Below are positions 59,121 through 64,000 of a stretch of 64,000 bases of DNA, one piece after another. The stretch is from Azolla caroliniana. Lineage: Eukaryota; Plantae; Polypodiophyta. The notes under the pieces were generated by a model. It ran no database searches. It had not been told where the DNA came from and saw only the letters and a list, made by a program, of their open reading frames with translations. The stretch's first letter is position 1, and each line of letters opens with the position of its first letter. The stretch spans positions 5,208,001 through 5,272,000 of the forward strand of contig JBHGNT010000018.1 in NCBI GenBank assembly GCA_043228905.1, read 5' to 3'. The translations under genes and the position numbers were made by a program.

Positions 59121-59318
59121 GATGATGATGAGATGTTCCTATGATTAATTTTACCATACCTTTGTTCGCCCACTCTACAGTACTAGATGATGAATAAATC
59201 TATATACAGTTGACTCTAAAAACAGATGGGTATAAATCTGATTGGTTCTCACCATCGCCTGAGCAGAACCCAAAAATTTCTAAGTGTCTAGGAAGCCACA
59301 AATTATGTGGGTACTGTT

Positions 59319-59612
59319 TAGGAATCGGCAACGACTCGACTCAAGCCTGAACCGAATTATTAAACCGTTTTAAACGGTTTGATGGTTCGGTTTAGGCTTG
59401 AGCTTCCTTAACCAGTTTGAGCTCAGTTTGGAATGGCTCAAGCTGAACTGAACAAGTTTAGGACAAACCGGTTAAGGTATAATCAGCTTGACTAAACCGG
59501 TTTAGGAACTGGTTTGGTTCAAGTTTAGAAACCCCAAACTGTAAGGCTTAACCAATTTAGTTTGGACAAGGCCAAACTGGTTAAGCCGAAACCGAACCGA
59601 TGCCAAATCCTA
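59319..59612. mobile_element. hAT-type MITE
   Basis: Imperfect TIR taggaatcggca/tgccaaatccta; 8-bp TSD gtactgtt/gtactatt; AAACCG-rich subterminal motifs. Confidence 0.7.
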
Positions 59613-60441
59613 GTACTATTTGTACCTCGTTATGTGAAACAAAGATGTGGAAAACTCCCACAAATACCCCCTAAAAACAGTCATCCCCCTACAAGAAGAT
59701 GCCAATCACACCCCTTCCAAAACAAAAAATTCCAACATGTGCTATTTCACCAATTGTGTAGTCAAATCATCCGCCCCCTTTTGCTACCTTTCGTGTGGGT
59801 TCACCGAGGCCATCTCAGATAATAGAGTGAAACCACCTAGAGTTTAAGGAAATAATGAGAAATTGTGGAGGTTATTTTAGAGTCTTTTGGGGCCAACTCA
59901 TTGTTGGGTTTGCATAATTTTGGGTTTCGATTACCCAAGGTTTGTTGACAAAACAAAAGTTACTATAGGGTAGGGCGAATCATAAGAGTGCTTTTAGAAA
60001 AGCACACAAAACTTCAACCCTCTAGCATAATGTGTTTTATGTGCTTTTCTAAAAGACTCTCCATCCATTTGTTGTCAAGATGATGATAATGCATGCAGAT
60101 ACCTTTCATTTTATCCAATCGCATTAGTCCCTTTCTACATTAGTGAGCATGTTACATACCCTCCACTTATACTTTGTAAACATTAATGACCTATTCTCAT
60201 TTACGTATGTGTACATAACACTAGGGCATTCACATTTTGACCTAGTTGGGGCTAAACATTAATGAACACTAGCTACGATCGAATTAGCATTGGGGGAGGG
60301 GAAGGGCATGGAAGGAAGAAGAATTTAGAGAAGTGCACTAGTTGCCCGTCAACAAACAACAAAGGAAGAAGAGGGAGAAAGAGCAACCAATGGGTTGTTC
60401 CACTAATGACATAGTTGTTATCATCGTAGTGGCAACATGAC

Positions 60442-60857
60442 TAACAATCGGCAATAGTTCGGTTCGGATCGGTTTGAGAGGGTCCAAACCGAACCGGTTT
60501 GGAACCGAAACGTTTAAATTTTTTTAAACCTAAACCAAACCAAACCGTTAAACATTTTTCAAACCATTAAACCGTAAAAATAGTGGTTTCGTGGTTTGGT
60601 TTCGGTTTTCAACATAGGTCAATTTTTTTATTTTTAAAAATTTTTACAATTTTTAAGATGTTCCTAAAATGTGAGAATAAGTTGTAAAAATGAAAAGATT
60701 GTTTAAATTTTTTTTTAAAATTTAAAACCGTTAAACCGTTTAAACCGCGGTTTTGACTATTGAAACCAAACCAAAATCGAACCGAACCGTTGAAACCTTT
60801 AAGCCGTTAAACCGCGGTTTCACAGTTCGGTTCGGTTCAAACCGTTGCCGATTGTTA
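60442..60857. mobile_element. hAT-type MITE
   Basis: 13-bp TIR taacaatcggcaa/ttgccgattgtta; perfect 8-bp TSD aacatgac; AAACCG/CGGTTC repeats. Confidence 0.9.
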
Positions 60858-61082
60858 AACATGACATCAAAGGTGCAACTTCATGTTTTTGGCCCTAGGC
60901 TCAACTACCTTGAACCCCTTTTTTACACCTACTAGGCTACCACATCCCCTAAAGGAACAACACCCATAACAAAAGGGAGGGAGTACACTTTGTGTTCCAA
61001 AAATACCCCTCTCTTTTCAATAGAAAAGCATAATTACATACATGCATATATAAATATAAATATAAAAAATATATAAATATAA

Positions 61083-61134
<52 letters not shown>

Positions 61135-62892
61135 CCATAACACATATTTACACATATTTTAAGCACAAGTTTGCTCATAAAATACCTCTTTTTTCATTTG
61201 CAAATCATACGAGGGTTGATGTCTTGACGAATTTTGAATTCTAGTATACAAATTTAGGATTACAAAGAATAACAAACTAATTAGTTTATGGGAGGTTGTT
61301 GAAATAAAATAATTAACATAAAAGTAAATAATAAAAAGAGAAATTTTGTTAAGCTATCAAAAGGTGCACATAAGATAATAAAGGGCAATCTTAGGATACT
61401 TATAACCACCACAATGCTAAATGTAATGTGGTGGTTATAAGAGAATTAATCTTTGAAATGTTGTATCTCTCCTCTCTCCTTTTGATATTTCTACACATGG
61501 GAGTGGAGATGATGGTGAATTCCTCATGGAGTAATAATGGGCTTACCATTTCATTTATCAATGGAACAACAAGAAAATATGGAATTGAGCATTTCAAATG
61601 GATAAGAGGATGTTGTAATTATGTTACAATCACATAAGCTAAATGAGGATCGTAAGAAAGCTCGACTCTTGAATATCATGCTCCAATGCATGTACTCATA
61701 TGCAACCATTGATGTTCTAGATTCTTCAACTCATGGAAGGCAATGGTGTCGACATCAAGATCCCTTCTAGAGTGGTATTAAAAGGTGATCAGGGCCATGG
61801 CACCTCTATGAATATAAATTCCTACATCTTTGCAAGGTCGACAACAATTCATGTCTAACATCCAACAATACTTTGATAAAGAGGGTTCATTGTATTTGTA
61901 TATGCTATTGCATAGTACAAGAAACTATTTGGTCTATATATACATATGGTATATGTGTACATATTTGTTTTTCAACTCTCTTTAAGCTCAACACATCATC
62001 TTGGACCAAGAGCTCCCCATTGATGACATACCTTGATAACTAATAACCCCCTGCTATCTAGTTTCATTAGAACCGCACACATGGAGCTTTGGCACATTAT
62101 TAGTCATCCAATTAAGTGCCTACATTCATATTGGAACCATTTCTATTGAATGTTCACTATGTTAAGCCTTTGTACATATGAAAAGCACAAGGAAATTTTG
62201 TTTGGTATGGTAGGAGGGACTCCACATAGAGAAGAATACACCCACAAAGTTGGAAGATTTTGTAACCTTTGTACTTTTGTGAGTTTCTCAAACTTCTTCT
62301 ATAATTCCCTAACATCCCTTTTCCTCTCAAACTTCTATTAGGCTGATTCTAAGATGTCTCCTCGCCCTCAACTTTTTAAAAACATAATTATAGGTGACGA
62401 CATCCTATATATACTTAAAAATTTTAACTTTGTTATAGATAACCACCCATATGAATTGAGTTCAAGAGGCCGAGTTGAATTGGAAGTGGATACAAGCACA
62501 AGGGCAAATGACTAGGAGGACATCAAATTTAGTCACAACAAGATATTAAGGAACTATCCGATTTTCGTCCTCCTTGTATAACCACAATGAATTGGATGAC
62601 TAGTAACTAAAAAAGAAGAAGAGACCGTGAGGAAGAACTAAAGATTCAATACATTTATAGCATTTCATCCTTGGATTTTGCACAGGAAAATGAACTTGAC
62701 AAGATGAAGTATTAGTAAACAATATTGTGGGAGGCAACCATGCTAATTCATAGCATGGGTGACCCATTGGTATTAGTTTGGTGTATATATAATTGCCATT
62801 GAACTCTTCAAGCACTAAATAAAATTGGGCAAGAGCTCCTCATTGAAGCCATCATAAATAAACTATAGGAACAGGGCAACTCTCCATGTAAC

Positions 62893-63391
62893 TAGCAATG
62901 GGCGCAGTTCGGTTTCTTGGCCTTGAAACCAAACCAAACCAAACCATTTATTTATATTAAAAACGAAACCAAACTGTTTAAATTTTATGAAGCCATTTAA
63001 ACCAAACCATTTATGAACAATTTAGAACCAAGCCAAATCAATTTATCATAAATCAAAACCAAACCAAACCAATAAACCTATAAACCTATAAACCTTTAAA
63101 CCTTTAAAACTTTTAAACCTTAAAACCAAACTACATAAGCCGAAACTGCTAAACTGCTAAAACTTGAAATTCAAAACCAAACCAAACCGAAACCGATAAA
63201 CCAATAAACCAATAAACCAATAAGCCGCTAAACCGTTAAACCATGAAATTCAAAACCGAACCGAACCGAAACCAAACTGGATCATAATATTTGAAACCAA
63301 ACCAACGGTTTATTTATCTTTGAACCAATAAACCGTTAAGCAATGGCTTAACGGTTCAGTTCAGTTTGAGCCGAAACCGTGCCCATTGCTA
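62893..63391. mobile_element. hAT-type MITE
   Basis: TIR tagcaatgggc/gcccattgcta; 8-bp TSD catgtaac/catgtgac; many AAACC(G/A) repeats. Confidence 0.85.
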
Positions 63392-64000
63392 CATGTGACC
63401 AAGTAAAAAACAATGGCTCCATTACTCCAAGAAAAGTAGAGTTGGTACTCCTTACTTTGGATAATAATAATAAAAAGTTCAGTTTTTTTATTGTTGCTAG
63501 ACATCAAAAAGAAGTTGCATGTCTAAACATGGACTCAAGGCATCTAGACTTTGCTCTCCCATCTTTTGAAACAGATATAAAACACCATCTCACTCATACC
63601 TTGAAAGACATACCATGCACTACAATAACTACTGCCAATGACATCACATCGTCGACCTTTAACCTGTTGAAAACTTGTTGAACATCTACAAGTGAATCTG
63701 CCAAAGTATTGCCTACAGTCCATTTTCATAGCCCTGTTTAGCAATTTCTGTGTACATATCCTTCAAGATGCAAATATAGGTAACACTATCTGCAGATATT
63801 CCCTTAGTTTGCATTGTTTCAAAAGCTTCCACTGTGCCATTGACTAGTTGGGCAGGATTGAAACAAAACAATTAACAAAGCATATGGTAATTGCATTGGT
63901 TTGTTTTCTCAGTCAGTTACTACTAACTGGTTTGATCTATCACTTCGAGGTTGCAGATGAGCATAGCATTGCCATGTAACCAAGGTCCTAACCTAATCAT

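Overview
AT-rich land-plant nuclear DNA. A fern is the likely source, inferred from the PLS-class PPR genes, the retroelement types and a plastid insert with apparently unedited codons. Host genes: a multi-exon TPX2-family gene (minus strand, ~4.0-9.5 kb), an intronless ERD15/PAM2 gene (15.9-16.3 kb), a complete 4-exon 361-codon GDP-mannose pyrophosphorylase (VTC1/CYT1, minus strand, 21.0-24.0 kb) and two convergent PLS-E PPR genes (54.7-59.1 kb). A decayed plastid insertion (psbC-trnS-trnG) lies at ~17.7-19.0 kb. The 30-54 kb interval is a nested retrotransposon stack. An old Copia (C) carries two younger Copias (A and D) in its gag. One LTR of A holds a young Gag-only Ty3/gypsy-like element (B), and the other LTR of A is cut by an L1 fragment. 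Solo LTRs, a deleted short-LTR gypsy family and three hAT-type MITEs are also present. The most unusual object is an 80-bp near-perfect hairpin (52177-52256) built from two inverted copies of the same LTR 5' terminus and flanked by a 5-bp target-site duplication (TSD); it looks like an integrase-inserted, fold-back-derived mini element. All calls come from reading the sequence by eye; no searches were run.
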